A program made the translations under genes and the position numbers. A stretch of DNA of 64,000 nt from an uncultured Nitrososphaeraceae archaeon. Its GTDB lineage: Archaea; Thermoproteota; Nitrososphaeria; Nitrososphaerales; Nitrososphaeraceae. The notes below the pieces were generated by a model. The model searched no databases. It worked only from the letters and a program-made list of their open reading frames with translations, and was not told the origin of the DNA. How positions within the stretch are numbered: position 1 is the stretch's first letter; each line of letters starts with the position of its first letter. This document shows positions 1 to 10,555 of the stretch, piece after piece. Location of the stretch: the NCBI GenBank assembly GCA_963729045.1, contig CAVSMN010000020.1, positions 182,080-246,079 on the forward strand. Reading direction: 5' to 3'.

Positions 1-558
1 ATGATAGATGTGAAGATCAAAGGTATTTGAACCCACTTTAAAAGGAGCAATATTAAAATTAAGAACTACATTGTCAGTGGTTGTAATATTAGTAGAATAA
101 TCGGGTGATATATTTGATATATTATCTGATGGTTGTTGGGTTCTACTGTTGTTGTCTTCAACTGAAAAGACATATGAGCCTTTTGTAATATGCCCGTCGT
201 CTTTAGACAATACAAGCCAATTGACGGTGTAAACGCCCGGGATAACTTTAGATGAGTCTAAAGTAACAGAAAGTGACTTATTTGAATCAGATGCCCTTAA
301 ATCGTTGTTATCGATTCTTTCATTATTAGAATTCATTATTTTGATACTACTTGCTCTTGGCTCTGGATTTTCCGTAAATGCGATAGTTACTTGGTCAGGT
401 ACTGATTTTGGAGAATCGATTATTTCATTGGGTTCAGGCAAATAAGTTACAGGACTTGCGTGACCGAATACGGGTAATAATGATACAGATGTCAAAATCG
501 ATATACCAGTTCCTACTATAGAAACCACAGCAACAAACAAAATTGCTGAAAAATTCAT
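1..558 (-). CDS. copC: Copper resistance protein CopC with additional C-terminal domain (runs off window start)
   Basis: Not in ORF track; manual translation from ATG at 558: signal peptide ...LLPVFG|HASPVTYLPEPN...PDQVTIAFTE...GVYTVNWLVLSKDDGHITKGSYVFSV, the CopC His1 and W-x-V-x-S-x-(D)DGH pattern; frame open to base 1. Confidence 0.9.
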   Translation of the reverse strand, partial: MNFSAILFVAVVSIVGTGISILTSVSLLPVFGHASPVTYLPEPNEIIDSPKSVPDQVTIAFTENPEPRASSIKIMNSNNERIDNNDLRASDSNKSLSVTLDSSKVIPGVYTVNWLVLSKDDGHITKGSYVFSVEDNNSRTQQPSDNISNISPDYSTNITTTDNVVLNFNIAPFKVGSNTFDLHIYH

Positions 559-767
559 AAACTATATTTACAATTAAGATATAATATGATTATTGTACAA
601 ATGTCGAAGTCGCTAACGTATATGGTTTCAAAATCAATAGCTGAATTGTGAGTTTTCATTGGACATAAGATCGTGATTATACAATTTTGCATCAAAAATT
701 GGAGTTAATCTATACGTTCGAAGATTGTACAACAATTGTTATAATAAACTTTAAACATAAACTCTTT

Positions 768-1385
768 ATGAATAAAAATCATCTGATTCTTTTGGGAGCT
801 GTAATAGCAGTCTCGATGTTAGCAGCTCCTGTGTTGCAAATGTCATATGCTCACCAAAGAGCCCTTTTTAACATAAACGGGAAAGATTACTTGTTTGTTA
901 TTGGTTCTGCAAATGAACCATTATATGTAGATGATAAAACTGCAGCTACACTTGATGGATACTGGCCAAATGCTTCAGATCCAACCAATAGTAGAGCAAA
1001 CGGGACCCAACCAATTACTGGACTAGAAAACATGTTAAAGGTGGAAATATTAGCCGGTGACAAGAACATGACATCTAATTTGGATCCTGCATTTGGTGAA
1101 GTAGGAAAATATGAATCAGAGACATTTTATCCAACAGTTGCAACAACATTTGACTATAGAATTTATGGAAACATCAATGGAACGAACTTTGATGTAACAT
1201 TCTCATGTCAACCAGCAGGAGGAGAATCTGCATCTTCTGATAACTCTACAGTCGATATTTCCGAAAATGTGGTAAGAAAGGCACTGCAAGGAGGTTTTGG
1301 ATGTCCTGAAGATAGAATAGGATTCCCCGAACCCTATATTTCACAATATGATCTAAGCCAACAACTGAATAGGACCTCTACTTAA
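768..1385 (+). CDS. Secreted hypothetical protein with predicted mature N-terminal His
   Basis: ORF track 687..1385; ATG at 768 gives a signal peptide MNKNHLILLGAVIAVSMLAAPVLQMSYA|HQ; two Cys; T-rich run after the stop. Confidence 0.75.
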   Translation: MNKNHLILLGAVIAVSMLAAPVLQMSYAHQRALFNINGKDYLFVIGSANEPLYVDDKTAATLDGYWPNASDPTNSRANGTQPITGLENMLKVEILAGDKNMTSNLDPAFGEVGKYESETFYPTVATTFDYRIYGNINGTNFDVTFSCQPAGGESASSDNSTVDISENVVRKALQGGFGCPEDRIGFPEPYISQYDLSQQLNRTST

Positions 1386-2000
1386 TTTTTTATTTATTTT
1401 TATAAATATTGTAATACATATTATGCTTTTGAATGATATTTGTTTTTATTCTCTCATTTGATACATCATTTGACCTCTTAACTAATATTCCAAATTTCCA
1501 TTGCTCAGTAAGGATCTTATCACCATCGCCTCCTCAAAATCGGTAACGTCCACAAACAATGCAATAGCTAATGCAGTATCGATTGTATCCTAGGTAGCCG
1601 TCACATGATTAACCTGCAACAAAATATTTTATAAACCTCTAAACTATTTGAGGAGTAAATCCTGAAGAGAAAATGGAAGATGAGAAATAATTGTCATTTT
1701 CCAAGCTCAAATCATTCTTAAAGCTAATCACATTATCCGCGACAGCAATTACAGTTGCATCTATATTATAGTTATTTTCTCAAAGTATCCAAATTATTAG
1801 TCCGAGACAAGAACTGCAATTATGATAAGTAGATTTAACTCTTGATTAACGATTTAGGATTATAGAAATTATAGATCAAATATTCAATATTGATAGGAGA
1901 AAGGAACGGCTGGTGGTGTTTTTGGTAATGGAGAGATGAGATATAAAAATACATAAAAATATTAACGTATAGTCCAATACGATTCAGAAAGGCGTTTAAT

Positions 2001-3002
2001 TTGATCCAGATAGATGAAGACAGAATTTTTGATATCATTAGAGAGAGAAAACCTCGTTCCGTAGCTCTGAATGGTCCTGAACCCCTATTACCAAAAATTC
2101 AAAAAGTTTCTGAAAAAATTGAAATTGAATTCAACATAATATCATATATAATAGGAGATAAGAGCTGGGGTTCTTGTGATCTTAACACACATGCTGCAGA
2201 GATGCTGGGTGCAGACATATTATTTAACGTAGGGCATACTATAACTATAGAAAATTTTGGAGAGAAAGTATTCATGATAAATGCTTTTGATACCATAGGG
2301 TTTGATAATGTTGCACTAAAATGCGCAACGGAATTAAAGGGGCGATTTAAGACTATATCATTAGTTACAGACAGTCAGCACTTGCATCAAATTGACATGG
2401 TCAAAAAGATTTTTGAGGATAACGGTTTTGTCGTGGTAAAAGGGAAAGGCAAAGGACAATTGAATGATGCACAAGTCTTTGGTTGTGAATTTCATCCACT
2501 ACACAACATCAAAAGTGAAATTGATGCTTTTATTTTTCTTGGCCAAAGTAGATTCCATTCGATAGGGATAGCCCTTTCCACAGAAAAACCAACATTTATG
2601 CTAAATCCATATTTTGAGGAATTTTTGCAAATCAATAACGAAGCAGAAGTTGTCAAGAAGAGAGCAATACTCTCTGTGTACAAGGCACTCGATGCAAGAA
2701 CATTAGGGATAATAATAGGATTAAAAGAAGGGCAATTTGCAAATATTAAAGCTTTAGAATTTAAGAAAGAGCTAAGTAAATTAGGAATTAATGTACAACT
2801 TATAGCTTTGACCGAGATTTCAAATGAGAAGTTAGAAAACTTTAGAGAAATTGATGCTTTTATTCAAGTAGCATGTCCACGATTAGGAACTGATAATTAT
2901 TTTTCCAAACCAGTACTATCAGTTCCACAAGGATTAGCTTTGATAAAGTTATTAAAGAAAGAACCCATCGAAGAATTTTTCAAAATTCAGCATTGGTTAT
3001 AG
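2001..3002 (+). CDS. dph2: Diphthamide biosynthesis enzyme Dph2
   Basis: WGSCD, QVFGC and ACPR Fe-S cysteine motifs. Confidence 0.95.
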   Translation: MIQIDEDRIFDIIRERKPRSVALNGPEPLLPKIQKVSEKIEIEFNIISYIIGDKSWGSCDLNTHAAEMLGADILFNVGHTITIENFGEKVFMINAFDTIGFDNVALKCATELKGRFKTISLVTDSQHLHQIDMVKKIFEDNGFVVVKGKGKGQLNDAQVFGCEFHPLHNIKSEIDAFIFLGQSRFHSIGIALSTEKPTFMLNPYFEEFLQINNEAEVVKKRAILSVYKALDARTLGIIIGLKEGQFANIKALEFKKELSKLGINVQLIALTEISNEKLENFREIDAFIQVACPRLGTDNYFSKPVLSVPQGLALIKLLKKEPIEEFFKIQHWL

Positions 3003-3264
3003 GATAAGTTTGGATAACACCACAATTCCGAATCATTTGATATTAAACTTGTGGTATATATTAGATATACAATACAATTCTTCTGCATGAGTGACATTTT
3101 ATTGAGATTACCAATCAATCTCCTAATCAATAGGTTTAATAAAAAATAAACAATAGCATAAGTAGCATTGTTTGGTTTTTCAAACAATAATTATTATCCC
3201 GAATAATTGTTGCAGTAGAATTTGTAAAGATTATATTTAATCATCTGCTATCATAAGCAAATTT

Positions 3265-3732
3265 ATGGTAGTTATATCAAAAAGGCTTTCCCTGATAATA
3301 TTTTTTATTGCAGGATTCATTTTTATTGGGATAGGTATTGTTTCAATTATTGATTCGAACATCCCTAGATATGTAGAAATTACTGAGATGATAAAACCAA
3401 ATCAATCTGGAATATTCACTCCAGATATGAATTCGGGTAACATCGCAAATATTTATGTTAATGGATCTGAATCTACAGTACTAATGATAGACCCCAACAA
3501 TAAATTGATAATGAATAAAACTGGAAATACGGGGGTAATGAATGAAACTGTTACGTCAGAAGTAAATGGTAAGTACAAAATTCAGGTTATTAATGAAGGA
3601 GAAAATACATTGAATTTGAATTTAGGGGCATTTTCGAAGGCCAGTCCACTTGCGTTTAGTGGCCAAATGATGTTGATCATAACAGGTGTTGTAATATTAG
3701 GATTAGGAATCAGAACCAGAATGCAGTCATAA
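3265..3732 (+). CDS. Hypothetical membrane protein (N- and C-terminal TM helices, beta-rich extracellular domain)
   Basis: 155-aa ORF with two hydrophobic segments. Confidence 0.7.
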   Translation: MVVISKRLSLIIFFIAGFIFIGIGIVSIIDSNIPRYVEITEMIKPNQSGIFTPDMNSGNIANIYVNGSESTVLMIDPNNKLIMNKTGNTGVMNETVTSEVNGKYKIQVINEGENTLNLNLGAFSKASPLAFSGQMMLIITGVVILGLGIRTRMQS

Positions 3733-4563
3733 CTACCTCATTTCGTCTTTCTTATACGAACCTAATAACTTAAAGAATATAGTAGCGGACTTGACAGATA
3801 AAAGAGAGGCAGAAATTTTATCATCATTAACGTTTCCCTCTAAATCTACAAAAAAATAATACTCCCAAGGTATATTTTTCGTAGGTCTTGATTCAATTCT
3901 TGTTAAATTAATGTTTCTTAATGCAAACTCTTGGAGTATAGAATATAATGATCCAGGAGCATGAGGGATAGAAAAAATAACTGATATCTTATTGTCATCG
4001 GCTTTCATATCATAACTTTTGGAAATTATTAAAAATCTGGTAAAATTATTAGAATTATCCTCGATATCTTCTTCTACAACCTTCATGTCATAGATTTGGG
4101 CTGCATGTTTGCTAGCTATCGCCGCTGCGCTAGTATTATGAGTTTCTTTAATAAATTTAACAGATCCTGCAGTATCGTACATAGGGATTGATTCTAAGTG
4201 TTTCTTTTGGATATACTTTCTACACTGAGCTAACGCCTGTGGATGAGAGTAGACAACAGAAATTTCGTCTGGAGACGAATTCTTATCGATGATTAAACAA
4301 TGATGTATTTTTTGATATATTTCCCCGATAGCGTAAAGAGGTTTTTCAACTAGTAAGTCATAAGTTTCATTTATACTTCCTTCTGTAGAATTTTCAATAG
4401 GAACTACTGCCAGATCCACGACAGAATTTTCAACACCATCAAACAATTCACGAAATGATCTAAATGGAATGAATGAATAATTTGGATCAGGATATTGAAT
4501 ACGGGCAGATGCTTCACTGTAAGATCCAGACTCTCCTTGAAAACCTACCTTGAAGGCATTCAT
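3733..4563 (-). CDS. pheA: Prephenate dehydratase with ACT domain
   Basis: VPIENSTEG, SHPQALAQC, NFTRF and ESRP motifs. Confidence 0.97.
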   Translation of the reverse strand: MNAFKVGFQGESGSYSEASARIQYPDPNYSFIPFRSFRELFDGVENSVVDLAVVPIENSTEGSINETYDLLVEKPLYAIGEIYQKIHHCLIIDKNSSPDEISVVYSHPQALAQCRKYIQKKHLESIPMYDTAGSVKFIKETHNTSAAAIASKHAAQIYDMKVVEEDIEDNSNNFTRFLIISKSYDMKADDNKISVIFSIPHAPGSLYSILQEFALRNINLTRIESRPTKNIPWEYYFFVDLEGNVNDDKISASLLSVKSATIFFKLLGSYKKDEMR

Positions 4564-5187
4564 GTCATAGGAAATTGTTTATCATATAAAACTGTAAAGG
4601 ATTCTTTTCCATAATCAATTGAAACTTTCCTGTCTTCAAAGTTACCACAGGAATTGCATTTCAATCCTCCTGGTACTTTGACAAATTCATTTCCACAAGA
4701 AAAGCAAATTGTATACACAACTCCCAAGTCTCTGTCCTCTAACGTCAAATGAATTGAAGAATTCAATAAGCTGAATACTCTTCCTCTTATAATATCACCT
4801 ACCTTAAAAACAAATTTACCTTTATAACTTCTCTCACGCCAGCCTGAACCATAGTTTCCACCCTGAATTAGACATACGAGTGGAGGCTATCGCAGAAAAA
4901 CCAGATTTGGAATATTTTTCATTGATATAAACAATCCTTACCGATATCATATTTCCAAATAGCATATCGATATATCCAACAACAATATCACCAATCTTAG
5001 GTATCATAGGGGGATTTTTTTGTTTGACACTTAATATACGATCGACCATATTAGCGCTAGATTTTCCAATAACAGAAGATCTAACCTCACCCTCATCTAA
5101 ATAGGTGTTTTTACCCGCATCAAATTCCTCAATTATAGCTAACGATTTTCCAGGAATAATATGATCAATTTCATGAGTTTTATTCAA
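4560..5187 (-). CDS. csl4: Exosome RNA-binding subunit Csl4, split by a +1 indel near 4862
   Basis: ORFs 4834..5187 and 4560..4766 join if one G of TCAGGGTGGA is removed (SGGNYGSGWRERSYKGKFVFKVGDIIRGRV); C-terminal DLGVV..CFSCG..CNSCG..EDRKVS zinc ribbon. Confidence 0.9.
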
Positions 5188-5245
5188 ATCAAATCAAACG
5201 ATATTTGTATTCTAATAGTTATAATTGTTACATTAACTCAGATAT

Positions 5246-6115
5246 CTAGTGGATCATTTCGAGCATTTCTATTGCTTGTCTAGTTTCTTTGACATTATGA
5301 GTCCGTACCAGAGAGGCGCCATTCATCACGCTATACATCTCAGCAATAATTGAAGGAATCAGTCTATCTTCCACAGCTAAACCAAATAAAGATCCTATAA
5401 ACGATTTTCTGGAAATTGAAACACATATTGGTTTTTTCAAAGACATTAGCAATTTAATATTAGCAATTATATCGATATCACGTACGTACCAATCCATTCC
5501 CAGAGTTTTGGAATAAAATGGATTGAATCCTTCTTTTCTAAAAAAACCAATCGAAGGATCGATGATCAGTTTATCATCGTCGATTTTACATTTCTTGGCA
5601 ATTCTAATACTTTCGGCTAATAAAGAACTAGTATCTTGTATGTCTCCATCACCATAAAGATTTTCTCTATCTGACAAGTAAGCGCCAAGGATTACAGGAA
5701 GATCTTGTTCAGAAGCCAGATTAGGCATTTTTTTATCATATTTTAAACCAGTAACGTCGTTAATCGCATTCACCTCTAATTTCAATAAGGATCGGATTAC
5801 GTCGGATCTAACTGTATCAACAGATATAGGAATATTGCTAATTTGTCTAATAGCTGAGATAGCATTGTGCAATCGTTTTGATTCGAGATCCTTCGGAATC
5901 AGTGTTTTCAAGTATGGAGCAGTTGACATACCACCAACATCCACTATATCAACTCCATTATCCTGCATTCTAAGGATTGTATCTTGAATCTCGTCTTCTT
6001 GACGTTTGATCGAGTCTTTGTAAAATGATTCGGGACTCACATTAATGATACCCATAATCCGAGTCTTTCCATATGGAGTGACTGAAATATTACCGACAAT
6101 TGTCAACAAATACAA
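5246..6115 (-). CDS. folP: Dihydropteroate synthase
   Basis: IMGIINVSPESF, SVDT, INDVTG, SRKSFIG and RTHNV motifs. Confidence 0.95.
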   Translation of the reverse strand: MYLLTIVGNISVTPYGKTRIMGIINVSPESFYKDSIKRQEDEIQDTILRMQDNGVDIVDVGGMSTAPYLKTLIPKDLESKRLHNAISAIRQISNIPISVDTVRSDVIRSLLKLEVNAINDVTGLKYDKKMPNLASEQDLPVILGAYLSDRENLYGDGDIQDTSSLLAESIRIAKKCKIDDDKLIIDPSIGFFRKEGFNPFYSKTLGMDWYVRDIDIIANIKLLMSLKKPICVSISRKSFIGSLFGLAVEDRLIPSIIAEMYSVMNGASLVRTHNVKETRQAIEMLEMIH

Positions 6116-6634
6116 ATAGATTTTTTTCTTTTAAAAACATTCAGATGGATCTATTAAACCATTGGATGATTATCAAATATGGACCAAGTATCACAAATTT
6201 CAGAGAATTTTTTGAAAGACTAGCAAAGGTTTAGAAATGAAAATAAAAAGAATTCTCCATAATACGATTAACTATTGCTATTAATTAATTATGAAATTGA
6301 TTAAACAATATCATCGTCACTGAGGACGAGTATTTAAGTTTTTATTGCATTATACCAGTAAAATGGGGTTTTTGATTCAGTCTACAAATTGTTAGATTGG
6401 AAAAAGATTCAATTTATTGAATAGGAGTAAATGTTAATATTTAATTCAATTCAATTCCTTTTCATGCAGTTAAACATTATAGTTTATTAAATCCAATAGT
6501 AACATAATATTATCCGCTTGAATGTTACCTTAAACATAAATCGCTATGAATGACTTTTGTCTGTTTTACACAGACCAATCTTGATCTTGGTTTTTTATTC
6601 TCGTTATTTTCGTATATTGGTTGTTAATGCTGGA

Positions 6635-7051
6635 CTAGTTTACTTTGAAAAGCTTTGAAAAGAAACCACTAATCGACGGCATTATTTTTTCCATGATTAA
6701 ATTATCAAAATCATCTGTATGTGGATCTAATGTAAAGATCAAGAGATACTCTAATCTATTTTTTTGATTTGTAATTGGTATCGTAATCCGCAAAATTTTT
6801 TCATAAAGAGAGCAGGTATAATTTAGTTTTCCAAGTATATCTTGCCACCTTAACCTAGTATATTGTCTGGTAGAGGCAGTGATAGCATATTGCTCAGTTT
6901 CTTCATCGCTTAAAAGTGGAATTATTCCTTTACGTTCTGCAGTAGTAATAATTATTCCATGCTTGTCAGCAACCCCAATGAATCGTATTCTCGAATCGAT
7001 TTGCACAATTTCATTGCAAAGGTTTTTGAAATCGGTAACATATTTTTCCAT
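6635..7051 (-). CDS. Roadblock/profilin-like hypothetical protein typical of Nitrososphaerota
   Basis: LCNEI..IDSRIRFIGVADKHG pattern, also seen in ORFs 34939 and 48484. Confidence 0.7.
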   Translation of the reverse strand: MEKYVTDFKNLCNEIVQIDSRIRFIGVADKHGIIITTAERKGIIPLLSDEETEQYAITASTRQYTRLRWQDILGKLNYTCSLYEKILRITIPITNQKNRLEYLLIFTLDPHTDDFDNLIMEKIMPSISGFFSKLFKVN

Positions 7052-7087
7052 GATTTATTATTATTGGTGTTTAAACAATGTATTATT

Positions 7088-7301
7088 TTAATTTTTTTCA
7101 TATAGTAGTTGTCCCTTTAATTCAATTCTTGTTATCCTTGACGCAGGGATTGTTTGAAAATTTTCAGAAATTAAGATGAAATCTGACAAGGTCGATTAGT
7201 TTATAATTTTCGTAATCCCTATATGTTACAAGATACGAGGATGCATCATCTGCATAGAGTGCTTTACTGATAATTTCTTCTAATTTACCCTTCTTAGCCA
7301 T
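7088..7301 (-). CDS. DUF504/MJ1316-like small protein, +1 indel near 7190
   Basis: Missed by ORF track; corrected translation MAKKGKLEEIISKALYADDASSYLVTYRDYENYKLIDLSDFILISENFQTIPASRITRIELKGQLLYEKN with the IP-x-x-RI...G..LYEK signature; span 214 nt = 3n+1. Confidence 0.75.
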
Positions 7302-7608
7302 TAATTATAATTTATTTACATGTCATATATACGCCATCAAACGGTCTTTTCACCTGATCTGTATAGAGGACACTGATGTATGAATACGATATACAGATAC
7401 GGTACGTTTTTAATAACCTGTCCTATGATTAGTTCTTATCAAATCTATGTTATTCGTATTTAATAGGATGAAAGTAGTGATCAATAAATCAATGATTCAT
7501 AAAGGAAGATAGACAGTTCTGAAATTAACAATAACATATTTATTTCAATAACAAATTTTCAAAAGATTTAATATTGAACTTAGAAATAATGTAGTAGGCA
7601 AGCTTAGT

Positions 7609-8463
7609 ATGACTCACTGTATAGCAATACATTCCTATAAGGGAGGCACTGGTAAGACCACAATAGCTGCTAATACCGCAGCATTACTTGTAAAAATGGG
7701 GAAAAAGGTTGCCATACTAGATTTAGATGTCTATGCACCCAGCTTACATAATTATTTTAAGATAAATCCAAAAAAATGGATAAACGACTTTTTGGATAAT
7801 AATGCAGATATTTATGAATCGATAATTGATATGACTGAAATTCTTTTTAAAGATGACCAAAAGCAGGACAATTTTACAGGGAGACTCTATACGGGATTCT
7901 CTAATCCTAGCAGAGATGCGATATTTAAATTTGAAATGGGTAATGGAACAGATTATTGGAAAAAACAGTTTAGGAAATTAGTTTTTCTTAGAGAACAAAT
8001 TATTACAAAGCTCGATACAGATTATATCATTATTGATACGAGTCCAGGAATAAGACATTGGTCCATTAATGCCCTATCAATAGCTGATAAATTAATACTT
8101 ACTATGAAAATGGATGATTTGGACATTGAAGGAACTAAAAAACTACTGTTTGAAATTTATACAACATTTGTACGATTTGGTGCTATTTCTTATATATTGC
8201 TAAATAGGATATCAGGATATTGTATTCCGACTACCACACTCGATTCAAATATCGAAGAAAACCAAGATCATAAGAAAGTTTTGGAAGAACTTCATGCTGT
8301 TACTGGTGCAAACTCTCTTTCCCCACTGCCATGTTATTGCGACATACAATTTAGTCCTAGAGAGTTTTTGACAGTAATTAACAATCCAAATCATCCATTT
8401 TCTTTAAAATTAAGAAGCATCATAAGCGAAATGACAAATAATACGCAGAATAACAAATATTAA
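7609..8463 (+). CDS. MinD/ParA family ATPase
   Basis: Deviant Walker A HSYKGGTGKTT, DLD and DTSPG motifs. Confidence 0.9.
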   Translation: MTHCIAIHSYKGGTGKTTIAANTAALLVKMGKKVAILDLDVYAPSLHNYFKINPKKWINDFLDNNADIYESIIDMTEILFKDDQKQDNFTGRLYTGFSNPSRDAIFKFEMGNGTDYWKKQFRKLVFLREQIITKLDTDYIIIDTSPGIRHWSINALSIADKLILTMKMDDLDIEGTKKLLFEIYTTFVRFGAISYILLNRISGYCIPTTTLDSNIEENQDHKKVLEELHAVTGANSLSPLPCYCDIQFSPREFLTVINNPNHPFSLKLRSIISEMTNNTQNNKY

Positions 8464-8501
8464 TTTTAAATTAGAGAGCATATCAGTAGAGTTACGATAG
8501 A

Positions 8502-9134
8502 ATGAGCAAGAAGAAAAAGAATTCAGACGTTGATAGTAACAAGAATAATGCTCCTAACAAGGATGATAATAACGATAGTAGTTATTTTGCAAGAGGTCGT
8601 AAGAAAAGAAAACAATATTTGAAAATAATAGTTCCTGTTGTTGTCGGGATAGCAGCTCTTGCAATTGTGTTAGCAATATTTTTTCCCAGTGAAAATGTAG
8701 CAGCCAAATATGGTGCTCTAGGATCAGCACATGAACATGCAGCATTATTGATTAACCTAAATGGTACAAACTTGGATCTAGCACAACAAAAATACATGGT
8801 GAGGTCTAACTATATTCACGTAGAAACATACAATGGCACACTGGATGGAACAACAATCCATAAACACTCGTCTAATGTTCCAATTGGTGAATTCCTCAAA
8901 AGTATTAGAATGGACGCTTCCAATGGGTGTTTCATTACAGATAGTAACCAGCGCTTTTGCGATAACGACCAATATAAACTAAAATTCTATGTTAATGGTA
9001 ATCAAACTAAAGACATAATGAGCTATGTAATAAACGATGACGACAGAATATTGATAACATATGGAAAGGAAAATACAACTGAGATAAATAGACAACTACA
9101 AGAATTAAACAATCTTCCAATTAATAAAAAATAA
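8502..9134 (+). CDS. Membrane-anchored His-motif hypothetical protein
   Basis: Basic N-terminus, one TM helix, HEHA / YIHVE / TIHKH motifs, C-x9-C pair. Confidence 0.75.
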   Translation: MSKKKKNSDVDSNKNNAPNKDDNNDSSYFARGRKKRKQYLKIIVPVVVGIAALAIVLAIFFPSENVAAKYGALGSAHEHAALLINLNGTNLDLAQQKYMVRSNYIHVETYNGTLDGTTIHKHSSNVPIGEFLKSIRMDASNGCFITDSNQRFCDNDQYKLKFYVNGNQTKDIMSYVINDDDRILITYGKENTTEINRQLQELNNLPINKK

Positions 9135-9198
9135 TTATCTCCATTTTTTATTAGAACATTTAGCTTATTCATCGGAAGGTAAAACGTCAGTTATCATA

Positions 9199-10002
9199 TT
9201 AATTCAATTCAACTGGAAGTGTAGGATTATTACCCCATTCTCCCCAAGAACCCAGGTACATTCTTACTTTGGGATATCCAAGTTGTTTAAGAGCAAGATA
9301 AGTATTTGCAGCTCGGTAACCACCTTGACAATACGTTATAACTTCTGTTTCTTTTGATATAAAGGAATATAACCTCGCCAAAGCGTCAAATTTTAAGAAT
9401 TTCTCATTGCTAAGATTGTTTGACCACTCAACATTAACGGATTTAGGTATATGCCCCCGGTGAAAAGCACGGGCAATAGAGCCGTTGTACTCGGCCTGGG
9501 AACGGCAGTCAATAATTGCCACATCCGGTGAATTTTTATCTACACAGTTTTTCATATATTCCAAATCAGCTAATATCGCCCTATTCGTATAAAAATTGAA
9601 TGCGGAATGTGAATATTGGTTTGTCTTCATTTCAACTGGATATTTAAGTTTTGACCAGTTTTCAAACCCACCATCTAACATAAATGAATTAAGATGAGAG
9701 AAATAATTCAATAGCCAAACACCCCGAGAAGCGGTAGGACCTGAAACATTATCATAAAAAATAACCCTATTTGAGGGATTAATACCTAGATAATTTAATA
9801 GTAAACCCATTTGTTTTTCAAATTGCAAAATTCCCATTGTAGAAGTATCAAACCAATGGAAATGCATCAAATCGATATTAATGGCACCAGGGATATGACC
9901 CTTAGCATACTCAGCAAATGATCGGGTATCAACAAGTATCAAATCAGAGTGTTGACCCCGGATTAAATCAAGTAAAGATTCACCATTTATAACGGTGTTC
10001 AA
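9199..10002 (-). CDS. Tandem-domain rhodanese/sulfurtransferase
   Basis: GHIPGA, LDGGF, YCQGGYRA and YLGSWGEW motifs. Confidence 0.95.
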   Translation of the reverse strand: MNTVINGESLLDLIRGQHSDLILVDTRSFAEYAKGHIPGAINIDLMHFHWFDTSTMGILQFEKQMGLLLNYLGINPSNRVIFYDNVSGPTASRGVWLLNYFSHLNSFMLDGGFENWSKLKYPVEMKTNQYSHSAFNFYTNRAILADLEYMKNCVDKNSPDVAIIDCRSQAEYNGSIARAFHRGHIPKSVNVEWSNNLSNEKFLKFDALARLYSFISKETEVITYCQGGYRAANTYLALKQLGYPKVRMYLGSWGEWGNNPTLPVELN

Positions 10003-10107
10003 GGACCTAAGTATACGTAATCTTATAGATAATGCTTTCTAGAAGCCCAAAGATAAATTTGAAAAAGTTTTTAATAAAAAGTCACTAGAATACATAACGG
10101 GCAAGAA

Positions 10108-10545
10108 ATGGCAAGAAAAGCGGCAAAGACAAAATCAGAGGAGAATGGTCTTCCCGAATGGGCTGACAATGAACTGAAAAATGCAAATTTTCAAATACTA
10201 GACACGATTAATAGAACAGGTTATTTTCTAGACATCAATGAACAAACCAAAAAAGCAGATATCCAGCTCTACGAATCACTACCCGACGGTAGAACAATAA
10301 TTGAAGAAATCGATTTAGTAGATGATTTGAAGGTTTCAGAACTTATGAAAGGTTTCGTATATGAGTATAAAATCAAAATATCAAAAGCCAAACTAAGTGA
10401 TCAATTATGTGAATTATTAAAAACCAAGTATCAAATTGATATGGATGAGATTTTTAAATTTGATTTGGAGAGTGCACAAATGATGGATGTAGAATCAGAT
10501 TTTGATCCAAATAAGAAGGACAAGGATGAAGATGAAGAGGAATAA
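10108..10545 (+). CDS. Acidic hypothetical protein
   Basis: 145-aa ORF with ATG start and TATA-like TTTTAATA about 30 nt upstream. Confidence 0.75.
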   Translation: MARKAAKTKSEENGLPEWADNELKNANFQILDTINRTGYFLDINEQTKKADIQLYESLPDGRTIIEEIDLVDDLKVSELMKGFVYEYKIKISKAKLSDQLCELLKTKYQIDMDEIFKFDLESAQMMDVESDFDPNKKDKDEDEEE

Positions 10546-10555
10546 TAAATTCAGT

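Noticed and set aside
1386..2000. Possible gene remnant or RNA in the gap before dph2
   Set aside because: Only interrupted short frames and no convincing structure.
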